Positions 1-9,995 of a stretch of DNA of 64,000 bases are shown here, piece after piece. Within the stretch, counting starts at the first letter, position 1. The number at the start of each line of letters is the position of its first letter. The stretch is from a virus: the IMG/VR virus record IMGVR_UViG_3300025122_000005, positions 32,001 to 96,000 of that record; one strand, given 5' to 3'. A model generated the notes under the pieces. That model saw only the letters and a program-made list of their open reading frames with translations. It was not told the DNA's origin and made no database searches. Both the position numbers and the translations under genes were made by a program.

Positions 1-3
1 AAG

Positions 4-1071
4 GTGGGCAAAGATGGTGCTATCACAATAGAAGAGGCAAACTCGGTAGAAACTACTTTAGACTTGGTGGAGGGTTTCCGCTTTGATTCGGGTTTCGCCG
101 CTACTGCTTTTATTACTAACGAAAGAAAAGCAGTAGTGCGACATGAGAACGCCTTGATTATGATCAGCGATTCAAGAATTGAATCTGTGGAACAAATACT
201 ACCAGCGTTGGAGATTGCTGCGAGAGAGTCCAGACCTTTGGTTATCGTCGCCGACGAGATAGAGGGGCAGGCACTAGCAGCATTGATTATGAACACCGTT
301 AGGGGGTCTATGAAGGTGGCAGCAGTGAAGGCTCCTCGATATGGAGAGTCTAGAAGAAATATCATGATGGATCTATCTATTTCAACTGGCGGTAAGTATT
401 TTCGCCAATCCACCGGGGACAACATCAGGGAAATATCTTTACAAGATTTTGGCACTGCTAAGACGATTGAAATATCTAAGAACATGACGACTGTTGTAGA
501 CGGCGGAGGATACTTTCATAAAATCAATGAAAGAATAGACACCATAAAAGAAGATCTCGCCACTACCGAAGCTCTATACGAGTGCGAGCAATTGCAGGAA
601 AGAATCACAAGACTAGCATCTGGAATAGCCATCATAAGAGTTGGCGCGGCCACTAAAATAGAGATGATAGAAAAGAAACACAGAATAGAGGATGCCCTAG
701 AGGCTGTTCGTTCTGCACAACAAGAAGGCATCATACCAGGTGGTGGCATGATGTTGCACAGAATAGCAAAGGATCTGTATGTGGATGTTGAAAATGATGA
801 GCAAGAATTAGGTGTTAACATCGTTAAGCAGGCTCTACGATCACCGCTGGAAACGATGGCTAAAAACTCTGGGTCAGATATCGAGGATGTGTTGGCATCT
901 CTTGAGACTGCTGAAGGGGAGAACATAGGAATAAATTTCTCCACTGGACAGGCAGTTGATTTACTAGAAGAGGGAATAATTGATCCGGTAAAGGTTACCA
1001 GATGTGCTTTGCAAAATGCCGCATCAGTCGCTGGCACTTTGATTACAACAAACTACGCCATTGTCGAGTAG
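4..1071 (+). CDS. groL: Chaperonin GroEL (5' part outside the window)
   Basis: GKDGAITIEE, VAAVKAPRYG, IRVGAATKIEMIEKKHRIEDAL, GIIPGGG and [21 protein letters not shown] are typical GroEL motifs; no GGM tail. Confidence 0.97.
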   Translation: MGKDGAITIEEANSVETTLDLVEGFRFDSGFAATAFITNERKAVVRHENALIMISDSRIESVEQILPALEIAARESRPLVIVADEIEGQALAALIMNTVRGSMKVAAVKAPRYGESRRNIMMDLSISTGGKYFRQSTGDNIREISLQDFGTAKTIEISKNMTTVVDGGGYFHKINERIDTIKEDLATTEALYECEQLQERITRLASGIAIIRVGAATKIEMIEKKHRIEDALEAVRSAQQEGIIPGGGMMLHRIAKDLYVDVENDEQELGVNIVKQALRSPLETMAKNSGSDIEDVLASLETAEGENIGINFSTGQAVDLLEEGIIDPVKVTRCALQNAASVAGTLITTNYAIVE

Positions 1072-1218
1072 GGTGCCTATATAATATAGTACCCGACATC
1101 AAACTTAAGGAGACGCAAGACATTGTCTGAAGATACAAGTTCAAATGACGTATTACGAAAATTAGATAAGTTGTGCTTGACAATAGAACAGGTCAAGGAT
1201 AAGCAAGAAGAAGTGGCA
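873..1218 (+). repeat. 346-bp perfect direct repeat, copy 1 (groEL 3' end plus start of next gene)
   Basis: Read base by base as identical to 2087-2432 (offset 1214). Confidence 0.95.
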
Positions 1219-1254
1219 TGTGCTGGTGGACAGTGTGAGGTGAAATTTCTCTGA
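1123..1254 (+). pseudogene. Chimeric 43-aa ORF: N-terminus of the 2337 gene fused to a ribonucleotide-reductase-like C-terminal tail
   Basis: TTG start; ...KQEEVA then CAGGQCEVKFL*; an ACAGGxCEx C-terminus is typical of class II RNRs. Confidence 0.6.
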
Positions 1255-1269
1255 CAGAGTAATTACAGT

Positions 1270-1833
1270 ATGAAGAAACTATTTGAAAATTGGAACCGAT
1301 GGGTGTTGAATGAGGGTATGGACGATCTCGTCGATGGCAACAGGATTCACCTATATCACTATTCTAGGGCAGAGGAAGACACCATCTTGCTTGATCCGAA
1401 GAGGTTCGAGTCTGGCAGAAACAGCTGGAGCATGAGGGAATACAAAGTCTCACCCTTTCCCCGAGTGTTCTTTTATGCCGACCCCACCAAGACTGAAGCC
1501 GAGATAGCCCACGGGGCACCATACGAGACTTCAGTGTTGGCTTCTGACATCTACGACATGACGACAGATCCGGAAGGTGTCTTGAAGCGTTCGTCGTCGT
1601 ACTCGAAATACTCAACGAGTGTGGACATCCACAAGAGCCTCAAAGCTCTTGCTGGCAAAGACAAGCCCCATTCCGGCTTCCCAGATCTTTTTACCCCAAT
1701 CCGAGAAGAGGGTGCTAAGATTTACAAGGGAGTGTACTACAATATTAGAGAAGGATCTATTCCAGTGGTTGCCTGGTTTGAAGAAATAGAAGCGACTAGA
1801 AATGCGCAAAGCAAAGAAAGTGAGGAAATATGA
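1270..1833 (+). CDS. Leader-bearing protein ([15 protein letters not shown]), possibly ADP-ribosyltransferase-like fold
   Basis: Shared leader; LYHYS...PRVFFY...KGVYY pattern. Confidence 0.7.
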   Translation: MKKLFENWNRWVLNEGMDDLVDGNRIHLYHYSRAEEDTILLDPKRFESGRNSWSMREYKVSPFPRVFFYADPTKTEAEIAHGAPYETSVLASDIYDMTTDPEGVLKRSSSYSKYSTSVDIHKSLKALAGKDKPHSGFPDLFTPIREEGAKIYKGVYYNIREGSIPVVAWFEEIEATRNAQSKESEEI

Positions 1834-2285
1834 AAATAGGACAAGTTGTGTTTAATGAATGGCACAGTATTCGAAGGTACGGCATTGTGATGTCTCTTCG
1901 GGAAAAAGATGAAGGCTTAACCGTGCCATGGACGTATGCAAAGGTGAAGTGGTTTGGCGATGAGGCATATTGTGGCGTCATCGAAAGCACCAACAAGCTG
2001 AGAAATAACGGTACTGACACTGGACTGCACGAATATCGTATTGACAAGCTCGTGCAGATTAGTCTTGAAAAGGAACTGAAGATTTTGTCAGATATCGAGG
2101 ATGTGTTGGCATCTCTTGAGACTGCTGAAGGGGAGAACATAGGAATAAATTTCTCCACTGGACAGGCAGTTGATTTACTAGAAGAGGGAATAATTGATCC
2201 GGTAAAGGTTACCAGATGTGCTTTGCAAAATGCCGCATCAGTCGCTGGCACTTTGATTACAACAAACTACGCCATTGTCGAGTAG
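1830..2285 (+). CDS. Chimeric ORF: small MKIGQVV-type barrel protein fused in frame to a duplicated GroEL C-terminus
   Basis: From [10 protein letters not shown] onward the sequence is identical to the GroEL C-terminus; junction at 2087. Confidence 0.7.
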   Translation: MKIGQVVFNEWHSIRRYGIVMSLREKDEGLTVPWTYAKVKWFGDEAYCGVIESTNKLRNNGTDTGLHEYRIDKLVQISLEKELKILSDIEDVLASLETAEGENIGINFSTGQAVDLLEEGIIDPVKVTRCALQNAASVAGTLITTNYAIVE

Positions 2286-2432
2286 GGTGCCTATATAATA
2301 TAGTACCCGACATCAAACTTAAGGAGACGCAAGACATTGTCTGAAGATACAAGTTCAAATGACGTATTACGAAAATTAGATAAGTTGTGCTTGACAATAG
2401 AACAGGTCAAGGATAAGCAAGAAGAAGTGGCA
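2087..2432 (+). repeat. 346-bp perfect direct repeat, copy 2
   Basis: Identical to 873-1218. Confidence 0.95.
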
Positions 2433-2603
2433 GAAGACGTAGGAAAAATAAAAGAAGCTGTTTATAATCCAGACGAGGGATTGTACGCAAGACTTCGATC
2501 CCTTGAGGCTTGGCAGGGTACATCATCTAAGATGATCTGGACCTTGTTTACAACCGTTGTCGGTTTAATAGGGGCGTTCGTCTTAAAACACATTGGCGGT
2601 TGA
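2337..2603 (+). CDS. Coiled-coil protein with C-terminal transmembrane helix (holin/XhlA-like architecture)
   Basis: AAGGAG SD, TTG start, heptad pattern, C-terminal MIWTLFTTVVGLIGAFVL. Confidence 0.6.
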   Translation: MSEDTSSNDVLRKLDKLCLTIEQVKDKQEEVAEDVGKIKEAVYNPDEGLYARLRSLEAWQGTSSKMIWTLFTTVVGLIGAFVLKHIGG

Positions 2604-3061
2604 AAGGTCAAAAGGTGTCTTACAAAAAAGAAAAGGCTATCGCACACATCAATAGAGTAGAACATTATTTACAATGGGAACACTCTGTCGAGGTCGAGTA
2701 TGACCGCGACGGCACGAATGAATACCGTCCTAACTTGTCAAGAATAGAAATTAATTCCAGACAAAACTACACGAGTAGACTTCACACTTTGCTCCACGAG
2801 GCCGGACATGTAATTCTGAGGAAAGGAAGGGTGCAACAATTCGAACCAAAAAAATCCTTCAAGAAAGGGTTCCCTCACATGAAAACAGGCGGCTCCGATG
2901 TCAGAGGAAACTGGGATCATAGGATAGATGTGCTGAGAGAAGAGGTCTTGGCGTGGGAGAAGGGGGAAGAGTTGGCTCAATACCTTTCTATAAAACTTAA
3001 CAAAAAAGTGTGGTCGCGACATCGCAACGAGGCACTCAAAACTTACGTGAAATGGATATAA
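2600..3061 (+). CDS. Zincin-like (HExxH) putative metalloprotease
   Basis: LLHEAGH plus downstream EVLAW. Confidence 0.6.
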   Translation: MKGQKVSYKKEKAIAHINRVEHYLQWEHSVEVEYDRDGTNEYRPNLSRIEINSRQNYTSRLHTLLHEAGHVILRKGRVQQFEPKKSFKKGFPHMKTGGSDVRGNWDHRIDVLREEVLAWEKGEELAQYLSIKLNKKVWSRHRNEALKTYVKWI

Positions 3062-3065
3062 TATT

Positions 3066-3353
3066 ATGAAAGTAAAAGTAACATATACAGTGGATTTAGA
3101 GGGCATACCAGAAAGGGTCGACCCGCTGTTCGATTCGGCTAAGGAGAATGTAGAGAAAGCAGTTGCCATCATTAATGAACTGAAGGATGTTAAGGATGCA
3201 TCCATAGAAAAATGTCTTAAACAAATTGAGGAATTGAGGAATTTGCTTTTAGAAGCAGAACTGTCGTTAGGAGATTGTGATTCAATGTTGGCGGGATACT
3301 TGCACGTACTGACAAACAACAGTGTGTCACAACAAGAGGGCGTCGCATCATGA
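3066..3353 (+). CDS. Hypothetical protein
   Basis: ORF tightly coupled to neighbours. Confidence 0.75.
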   Translation: MKVKVTYTVDLEGIPERVDPLFDSAKENVEKAVAIINELKDVKDASIEKCLKQIEELRNLLLEAELSLGDCDSMLAGYLHVLTNNSVSQQEGVAS

Positions 3354-3628
3354 TAAAATTACAAGAAGTATATAGACAAGTGTCCGCTGGTAATCCCATG
3401 AGAAGGTATAGGACACGTGACATATTTATAAATCCGGAGCACATAAGGTCTATACGAGATAAGGGCCCGACCCTGCAAACAATATCAGAAAGCGTAATAG
3501 ACGGAGTGGATAGCGCGAGAAAAGATTTTTGTGTATTATCCATGGAGAAAGAGGATATAGTGGTTGTTGGGTCTTTAAAGGAAATCGAAAGCAAGATTGT
3601 AGGTGGAAAGGTTCTTTTAAATGGTTAG
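3350..3628 (+). CDS. Hypothetical protein
   Basis: ATGA overlap with the upstream gene. Confidence 0.75.
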   Translation: MIKLQEVYRQVSAGNPMRRYRTRDIFINPEHIRSIRDKGPTLQTISESVIDGVDSARKDFCVLSMEKEDIVVVGSLKEIESKIVGGKVLLNG

Positions 3629-3878
3629 TCATCTGAACAGGTATATAATTTACGGACGCAGCACCTGCCCATTTTGTAAAAAAGCTGTAGACCTTTTAGA
3701 CTCGAAACACAAAGAGAGCATATTTTTTGATTTCTCGGAAGATTTAGAAGCCATTACGGATGCGAAAAGATTTTATAAATTTGAAACTGTGCCAATAATA
3801 CTAGAGAACAACAACGTCTCCGGTCTTACAAAACTTATTGGTGGGTATTCTGACTTGGTGGAGTATTTAAATGATTGA
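3621..3878 (+). CDS. Glutaredoxin
   Basis: IYGRSTCPFC active site, TVP motif, IGGYSDL. Confidence 0.92.
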   Translation: MVSHLNRYIIYGRSTCPFCKKAVDLLDSKHKESIFFDFSEDLEAITDAKRFYKFETVPIILENNNVSGLTKLIGGYSDLVEYLND

Positions 3879-4257
3879 ATGTGATCTTCTTCCGCTTGGG
3901 AGCACAGAAGAAACAACAAAAAAGAAGCGATACGGAAGGTATCACGGTAGTTGTTTCTGGGACGTTAAGAATTTTGGATCGAAGACTTGGGTAGTGGGTG
4001 CATATATTGATGTGAGTGACCCTGAAATTCTAGAAGACTGCCAAGTAGAGGATCTGACCAGAAGATGTATTGAGTATCTTAATCAGCCACCCCCGCGAAA
4101 GAAATATGCTAAAAAGACCCCAAAGCCAAAATATGGTAAATTGGGATATTATAGCTCCAGGGTAGTAGAGAAGGGGAACAACAAATATATATCAGCTCTT
4201 CTCTTAGTGGACTGCAGAAGGAGCAAGTCATTCTGGGGCAAGGGAAGAAATGCATAG
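3871..4257 (+). CDS. Hypothetical protein
   Basis: Overlapping ORF chain. Confidence 0.7.
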   Translation: MIECDLLPLGSTEETTKKKRYGRYHGSCFWDVKNFGSKTWVVGAYIDVSDPEILEDCQVEDLTRRCIEYLNQPPPRKKYAKKTPKPKYGKLGYYSSRVVEKGNNKYISALLLVDCRRSKSFWGKGRNA

Positions 4258-4606
4258 CGAAGCACCCCCGCCAGGTGATCATGACATGCCGGTGGGTGAT
4301 GTAAAATCGTTTTTTGCTATCGCTCAATCCGCGATTGAGAAAACAGACTTTCTTTTAGATCTACATTATAATAATATTTGTCGCATGGGAACGGAAACGA
4401 TCCAAAAAGTCTGCGAACTTCATGCTATAGGTAGGGGATTTGAAACCTATTTGGGGGAAGTGTTCAGAAGAGTTAACGATGTTCCAGACACCGCTGTGTT
4501 CAGAATCACTTCATCTCATACTACAACGATTGTGCAAATGACATTCTCAATTACTGAGGCGAAATTCGAGGTTACAAAGAGCGGGGTCAACCTTGAGGAC
4601 CATTAA
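4250..4606 (+). CDS. Hypothetical protein
   Basis: Overlapping ORF chain. Confidence 0.7.
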   Translation: MHSEAPPPGDHDMPVGDVKSFFAIAQSAIEKTDFLLDLHYNNICRMGTETIQKVCELHAIGRGFETYLGEVFRRVNDVPDTAVFRITSSHTTTIVQMTFSITEAKFEVTKSGVNLEDH

Positions 4607-4611
4607 GTAAA

Positions 4612-4959
4612 GTGCCAACGACAGGAATTTTATTAGGGTTTCTCATGTTTGTTTTGGGGCAGACTCTGGGATGGTTTCAATTAAACTCTCAATTCTTGTG
4701 GAGATGGTGGGAAAACAAGCCAATAATGTCTGCATTTGTGTTTGGGATACCAACAAGTGTGGTGTTCTGGTATGCATGGAGGATTGTTTCTACTGATTCT
4801 GAATCTGTGTGGTCTGCTAGATTTATAGGCTCTGGTGCGGGATTTCTGGTCTTTCCCATATTAACGTGGTGTCTCTTGGGCGAGAGCATGTTTACGCTTA
4901 AAACAATGAGTTGTCTTTCTCTAACAATTTTAATCATCTTAATTCAAGTTTATGCTTGA
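4612..4959 (+). CDS. Small four-TM membrane protein (DMT/SMR-like)
   Basis: Four hydrophobic segments in 115 aa. Confidence 0.65.
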   Translation: MPTTGILLGFLMFVLGQTLGWFQLNSQFLWRWWENKPIMSAFVFGIPTSVVFWYAWRIVSTDSESVWSARFIGSGAGFLVFPILTWCLLGESMFTLKTMSCLSLTILIILIQVYA

Positions 4960-4974
4960 CGAGGATTCACTACA

Positions 4975-5010
4975 AAAAGTACCCAATTTGTGGGTGCCTT
5001 TTGTTTTGTT
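4975..5010 (+). terminator. Probable intrinsic terminator
   Basis: AAAAGTACCCA-ATTTG-TGGGTGCCTTT hairpin followed by a T-rich run. Confidence 0.55.
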
Positions 5011-5040
5011 TCAAACTAATTATTAAAGGTAAGGTATAAT

Positions 5041-7512
5041 ATGTCTGTAATGAATTTTCACACCAAATGGAAGCAGTTTTTAAACGAAGAACAAGACCTC
5101 ACATTACTATTAGAAGCCAGAGTCAAAGACGTAAAAGCCAAATTTAAAGTGCTTGATGAGTCCGGGTGGATTAACTGGGCCCGTAGACAAATTGAAGATG
5201 TTCTCGGACCTAAAGGTGTATCAAAATATCTCATGTACTGGTCTAGAGAAATGGACCGGAAGATAACAGTGACTGACCCTGATGAACTACGTGACGACAG
5301 AGACGTTCTGGAATTGGGTGAGGGCGTACTGGATCTAATCATTAATTTTCAACAGAACCAACCGAGGATAGAAGAAAAGGACATATACAAGTACGATTCG
5401 GAACAACTTAAGAAGATGCTAGAATCATTGGGATTAACCTCGAAAGAGAGAAAGACCAAGGAAAAAGAAGAAGCCGTCGAAGGGTCAGGCGTTGTGTACG
5501 CCGACGATGATATCTTCGCAGTTAGGGTGTACACGGAGGAAGCATCTTGTTATTATGGAAAGAATACCCAGTGGTGCATATCCGCAACAGAATCGGAAAA
5601 TTGGTTTAACAAACTTACTATGCAAGGGAATGCATTCGTGATAGCAAGGATGATAAACCTTCCAGAAAATGACGTTCATAGGAGGATTACACTAGTTTAT
5701 AGACAAAATGGTGACCTCGACCATTTTGCCGACGTTACCAACGACCCCGGCGGCGTCCCGATAGGAGATTTTTATGAAGCACTTGCTAAAAACCATACCC
5801 GTACAGGAATGAACGAATTTAAAAATCTTGACTACGAAGAACAAGAAGAGATTAGAGAATTGGCTCAAGAAATAATTGATCTCGGCACCGAAAATGTTAT
5901 GGAGAACCCCCCCGACGCCGCTCCTGGAATAGAAAAACAGATAGAGAAGATTGAAGAAGAGTACCGAGATGTAATGGAGCATGCTAGCTACGGGGCGGAA
6001 TACGACGAATACCTTCGTTTCTGGGGCGGATTCACCGTTGAAATAGATAATGATAGGTTTGAAGGCGGTCACCCTCTTCCATCCGATTGGCGTTCCACAA
6101 CCGAATTCGAAGGAGAGATCAGAGATAGATTGGATAGAGAGGTTTCTGTATACGCAGAAGAAGTATCGTTGGACGATTTCGATGGTGGCGTGCCAACTTT
6201 TGAGATAAGAATATCTACTGATGGATACAATGCGACCCCAAATGGATATGAATCCTTTTTGAGCGAACTTCAAACTATGGATGAGAAGTATGCTGGAATG
6301 GTTCGTGTTGTAGAAAAATATCTAATGGAAGAGGGATACATCGCGAAGGGTGCTTTCGAAAACCTTTCGGATCGGATGGAAGAGATTGGGAGTGAGCTAA
6401 AAAACTTTACTTGGTATGAAGACGAGGACGCGGGAGACGAATTCATCAAATTTGAATCAGAGGATTTCGAGATCTCAGGTGTCCCATCATCCATTTTGAG
6501 AAGAATAAGTGACATTGAAAAAGTAGGCTCACGACGCATTTGGCAGAGCCCTTCCTTGACTAAAGGCGTTGTTATGAAGTTGGGGAACCTTCATCAGAAA
6601 ATAACATCGTTTCTAGAAAAACAACTCGAATTGCCGATTTCCGACTTACCACCACGAGTTGTAAAGGAAATAACAATACCAGAATTTTTAAGAATTGAAT
6701 TAGTGGCAGACCCAGCCTTCCAAGAGGAAATAAAGTCCAGAATAGTGCTGGGTATAGATGATGTGACAATATCAGAAGAGGCGGTCGAGGCAACGATAGA
6801 GGTTGTCAAGTTTGTGGATCAGAACTTTTTAGAAGTCAGGAGTGCGGTCATTGACTCCATCCGAGACTTGCGCCAAAAGGTGAAGGAAGAAGAGAAGAGG
6901 AGGACTGACAGTCTACAGGATTCTACGAAGCGGCTATTGGATATTTCTAGACAGTTTGAGCATTCCGATAGGCTCGTGAGGCATTACCTATCTTTTGTGG
7001 ATGACTGGAAACTGGGATTGGTTCACGTATCAGACGAAGCAATGTTGCAGGCAGTAACGAACTTGTACAACCACCTCAAAGATAGAGATAAGATACCAGA
7101 AGATCTACCGGAGCCACAATCTTCAAGTCTTCAAGAGTCTTTTGATTTGCAGGACGAAATAAACAAGTATCTCAATGAAGAGAAAGGCAGAAGTAGACAA
7201 CGAGGAATTTATAAATTCTACTGCATGATCGGATATTCGGTTGATCCCGGCCAGAAATCTAGAGGGCTGGAAGACATTCTGGCAGATCTGCGAGCACTTC
7301 CAAATGTTACCATTGTTACAGTCGTTGTTTCAAACAGGAGAATAGCAGAACAAAGATATATTTCAGGGTTAGCGGTAAAGTTTATACCAAGTACACCAGG
7401 TCAGGTAAGATCCCCGGAAGATACAAAGGCCAGAATTTTAAGAGATTTAAGAAGGGTGAGGAATGTAGAAAGAATCTTTAAGATTTCAACATCTGTAGAA
7501 AGAATAGAATAA
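5041..7512 (+). CDS. Large acidic virion-type protein (823 aa) with leader-like N-terminus
   Basis: KWKQFLNE leader, EASCYYGKNTQWCISA motif, upstream ACTAATTAT late motif. Confidence 0.75.
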   Translation: MSVMNFHTKWKQFLNEEQDLTLLLEARVKDVKAKFKVLDESGWINWARRQIEDVLGPKGVSKYLMYWSREMDRKITVTDPDELRDDRDVLELGEGVLDLIINFQQNQPRIEEKDIYKYDSEQLKKMLESLGLTSKERKTKEKEEAVEGSGVVYADDDIFAVRVYTEEASCYYGKNTQWCISATESENWFNKLTMQGNAFVIARMINLPENDVHRRITLVYRQNGDLDHFADVTNDPGGVPIGDFYEALAKNHTRTGMNEFKNLDYEEQEEIRELAQEIIDLGTENVMENPPDAAPGIEKQIEKIEEEYRDVMEHASYGAEYDEYLRFWGGFTVEIDNDRFEGGHPLPSDWRSTTEFEGEIRDRLDREVSVYAEEVSLDDFDGGVPTFEIRISTDGYNATPNGYESFLSELQTMDEKYAGMVRVVEKYLMEEGYIAKGAFENLSDRMEEIGSELKNFTWYEDEDAGDEFIKFESEDFEISGVPSSILRRISDIEKVGSRRIWQSPSLTKGVVMKLGNLHQKITSFLEKQLELPISDLPPRVVKEITIPEFLRIELVADPAFQEEIKSRIVLGIDDVTISEEAVEATIEVVKFVDQNFLEVRSAVIDSIRDLRQKVKEEEKRRTDSLQDSTKRLLDISRQFEHSDRLVRHYLSFVDDWKLGLVHVSDEAMLQAVTNLYNHLKDRDKIPEDLPEPQSSSLQESFDLQDEINKYLNEEKGRSRQRGIYKFYCMIGYSVDPGQKSRGLEDILADLRALPNVTIVTVVVSNRRIAEQRYISGLAVKFIPSTPGQVRSPEDTKARILRDLRRVRNVERIFKISTSVERIE

Positions 7513-8102
7513 TGCATTCTACAGTAGAAGAATCCAAGCGGCACGACCTTTACAAAATAATCAAAAAAACACTGAAAAAAGAATATCTAGACTTGACGGT
7601 AAAAAAGATAGCATTGTCAGAAGATTTCAGTAAGAGTACTTCACAAGTAAATTGTAGTTTTTCCGAAAACGGCGGCAGGGCGATTAATCTTAAGTCTAGC
7701 GGCTGCGGAATGGTTGATGCTTCCTTTAACGCACTATTAGAATATTATTCTGATAATTATCCTTCGCTCGAAAACATTGCCTTTGAGGGGATTAGTGTTC
7801 TTCCTGATTGGAGAACCCGCGCAGGACTGTCAGGAAGTGATGCAGAAATCGAAGTGGAAATCAAATTCACCAATTCTTCAAATAGTATTATGACTTTTAG
7901 GAACAAGGGAAAGTCCTTCGTGAGGGCTACTGTTCTCGGAGTTTTTAACGCAATTGAGTTTTATATAAACGCCGAAAATGCCTTTAAAAAGTTAAAATAC
8001 TTGATCTCCGATGCGAAAAACAGAAACAGAAATGACATCGCTCAAAAGCATCTCTCTACAATCTCTAGAGTTGTGAATGTGACATCTTATGAAAAAGTTT
8101 GA
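7512..8102 (+). CDS. Stand-alone LeuA (isopropylmalate synthase) regulatory-domain-like protein
   Basis: GCGMVDASFNAL and GSDAEIEVEI resemble the GNGPVDA..AL and GTDA.a.v motifs of the LeuA dimerisation domain. Confidence 0.55.
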   Translation: MHSTVEESKRHDLYKIIKKTLKKEYLDLTVKKIALSEDFSKSTSQVNCSFSENGGRAINLKSSGCGMVDASFNALLEYYSDNYPSLENIAFEGISVLPDWRTRAGLSGSDAEIEVEIKFTNSSNSIMTFRNKGKSFVRATVLGVFNAIEFYINAENAFKKLKYLISDAKNRNRNDIAQKHLSTISRVVNVTSYEKV

Positions 8103-8327
8103 TTTTAATTTTAGAAGTAATTGGAAGTATCATTTGTTGGCTTTGTTATTGTCTATCTTTCTTGTTTTTGGCAAAAAGGTATACCACAACGACAGCAGCT
8201 CGAAAGAGCAGGTGAAAAATGAAAGATAAGTTTTTTAATTTTATGATTGTTTTGTGGATAATATGCTTGATTGCTTTGGCCATTGTTGCGAGCCTCGCAC
8301 AGAAAGAAATAACGGAGCAGAGATGTC

Positions 8328-8564
8328 ATGACATGGAAAAAGGAACCAAATCTACAAATAGGTGATCTGGTTTACCACGTTCTCTACGGGAAGGATTGGT
8401 TGGGGCTGATATTAAAAATGGAAGATGAATTAAGAAGTCCACGGGCATCGGTATATATGGTCCCCGGCACTATTCATGAGTGGTTTTTTACTAGAAGTCC
8501 ACTTCGCGGGAAGTTAGAATTCAGAACTGGATGGGTTGCCAAGCATTGGTTGATAAAGATTTAA
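8328..8564 (+). CDS. Small SH3-like protein (IGDLV family)
   Basis: LQIGDLVYH...GLIL pattern. Confidence 0.7.
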   Translation: MTWKKEPNLQIGDLVYHVLYGKDWLGLILKMEDELRSPRASVYMVPGTIHEWFFTRSPLRGKLEFRTGWVAKHWLIKI

Positions 8565-8609
8565 ATTAATTAATTTTTTACTTGAAAAAATTAGATTTAT
8601 ATGTCATAA

Positions 8610-8891
8610 TTGTTTAAGAATAAAAAAAGGAAAATGAAAATTTTTAATAGAAAAACATTTTATTGGTTGGTGGATATTGGGATATTATTGTTAGTGGCAG
8701 GCGTCTGTTTCACCATAGGGTACGCTACGTCTTACAGGCAAAACGTTTCAGTCCGAGCGGAAGAAGAACAAATTCCGGAAATATGTGTTTCTGTGTACAA
8801 TCGCTGCATGTCCTACAAAAGTGAACTTACAAAAATGGAACAACAAAAATTATTATGCCTAGAGAAGTTAGAGAAGTTAAATGAAAAATAA
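8610..8891 (+). CDS. Membrane-anchored coiled-coil protein
   Basis: One TM helix followed by a coiled coil. Confidence 0.65.
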   Translation: MFKNKKRKMKIFNRKTFYWLVDIGILLLVAGVCFTIGYATSYRQNVSVRAEEEQIPEICVSVYNRCMSYKSELTKMEQQKLLCLEKLEKLNEK

Positions 8892-9456
8892 TAACAAAAG
8901 GATTCATTTCATAGACTGTGGAGCAAACAAGGGACAGTCTATTCAGTGGGCATTTATGAAATATGGCGACAGAATAGAAAGGATTGATTCTTTTGAACCA
9001 CAATCAGAAAACTTTGAAGTGCTGGAAGATGAATATTCAGATCACGAAAAGGTGGTCCTGCACAATGTGGCAGTTTGGAAAGCGAATGAATTAAAAAAGT
9101 TTTTTCCACAAATTTGGGGAGCCCGAACCGGATCTTCTTTGATTGCAGGCAAGTACAGCACGGATCCCAGCATATGTGTTGACATGGAGTGTATTGACCT
9201 AGCCGAGTGGATAAGAGAAAACAAAATTGACAACGCGCATACAATACTGAAGATAGATGTAGAAGGTGCAGAATATGATATTTTGCCGTACCTGCTTAAT
9301 TCAGACACTCCCGACCTTGTTGACGAGTGGTTTATAGAGTTTCACGGAAAAGAGAAAACACCAAACTACAGCGAGCAAGTAGAAAAAGAATTTAAAGAAA
9401 GGTTTCCGAACTGGGTTGACTGGAACTCACCGGAAATACGAGAGGAAATGAAATGA
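8881..9456 (+). CDS. FkbM-family SAM-dependent methyltransferase
   Basis: IDCGANKG, SFEP, LKIDVEGAEY, IEFH. Confidence 0.9.
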   Translation: MKNNNKRIHFIDCGANKGQSIQWAFMKYGDRIERIDSFEPQSENFEVLEDEYSDHEKVVLHNVAVWKANELKKFFPQIWGARTGSSLIAGKYSTDPSICVDMECIDLAEWIRENKIDNAHTILKIDVEGAEYDILPYLLNSDTPDLVDEWFIEFHGKEKTPNYSEQVEKEFKERFPNWVDWNSPEIREEMK

Positions 9457-9995
9457 TTATAATAAAGGCATGTATTTTATACGTGGTAAGTGGGTTCGGA
9501 GGGTATGCCACATCGGCATGCCTTATCGACGGGTCAGTGCTATTATCTTCTCCTGATTATGTATATCAGATAGACACGATGCCATCAAATATAGAGCTGC
9601 ATGTAGTAGACAGTGCCTATGTTGAATATTGGACGGAGCCTACGATAAGAGTTGTTTTTGGTAATTATCGTACTTATGTTAGGAGTAGGAGGGCGAGTTA
9701 TAGACCGGTATCGCGGCACACCCGCGTCAGAGTTGCGCCAAGAAGACCAGCTGTTCGACCCCGCCTGCGTAGTCCTTCCCGGCCGAGAATCCGCCACAGA
9801 ATTGCCAGGAAACGTATTCTGCGATCTCAGAAAAAAGTACGCCACCAAAGAAAGAGATACACCAGAAGACCTTCTAGAAAAGTTTATAGAAGGCACCGCC
9901 GCCCAGTTTCCCGCCGACACATTCGTCATAGATCTAGGGGAAAGGGTAGACCGGCTAGAAGGTCGTCATCTCGCCGTGCTAGAACACGTCGTTAA
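9453..9995 (+). CDS. Signal-peptide protein with an extremely Arg-rich C-terminal half
   Basis: Hydrophobic N-terminus; R/H/S/P-rich tail. Confidence 0.65.
   Translation: MIIIKACILYVVSGFGGYATSACLIDGSVLLSSPDYVYQIDTMPSNIELHVVDSAYVEYWTEPTIRVVFGNYRTYVRSRRASYRPVSRHTRVRVAPRRPAVRPRLRSPSRPRIRHRIARKRILRSQKKVRHQRKRYTRRPSRKVYRRHRRPVSRRHIRHRSRGKGRPARRSSSRRARTRR

Noticed and set aside
9652-9975. Long 167-aa version of the ORF ending at 10155
   Set aside because: The 5' part overlaps the Arg-rich gene in another frame; only the KVGDLV part has family features.
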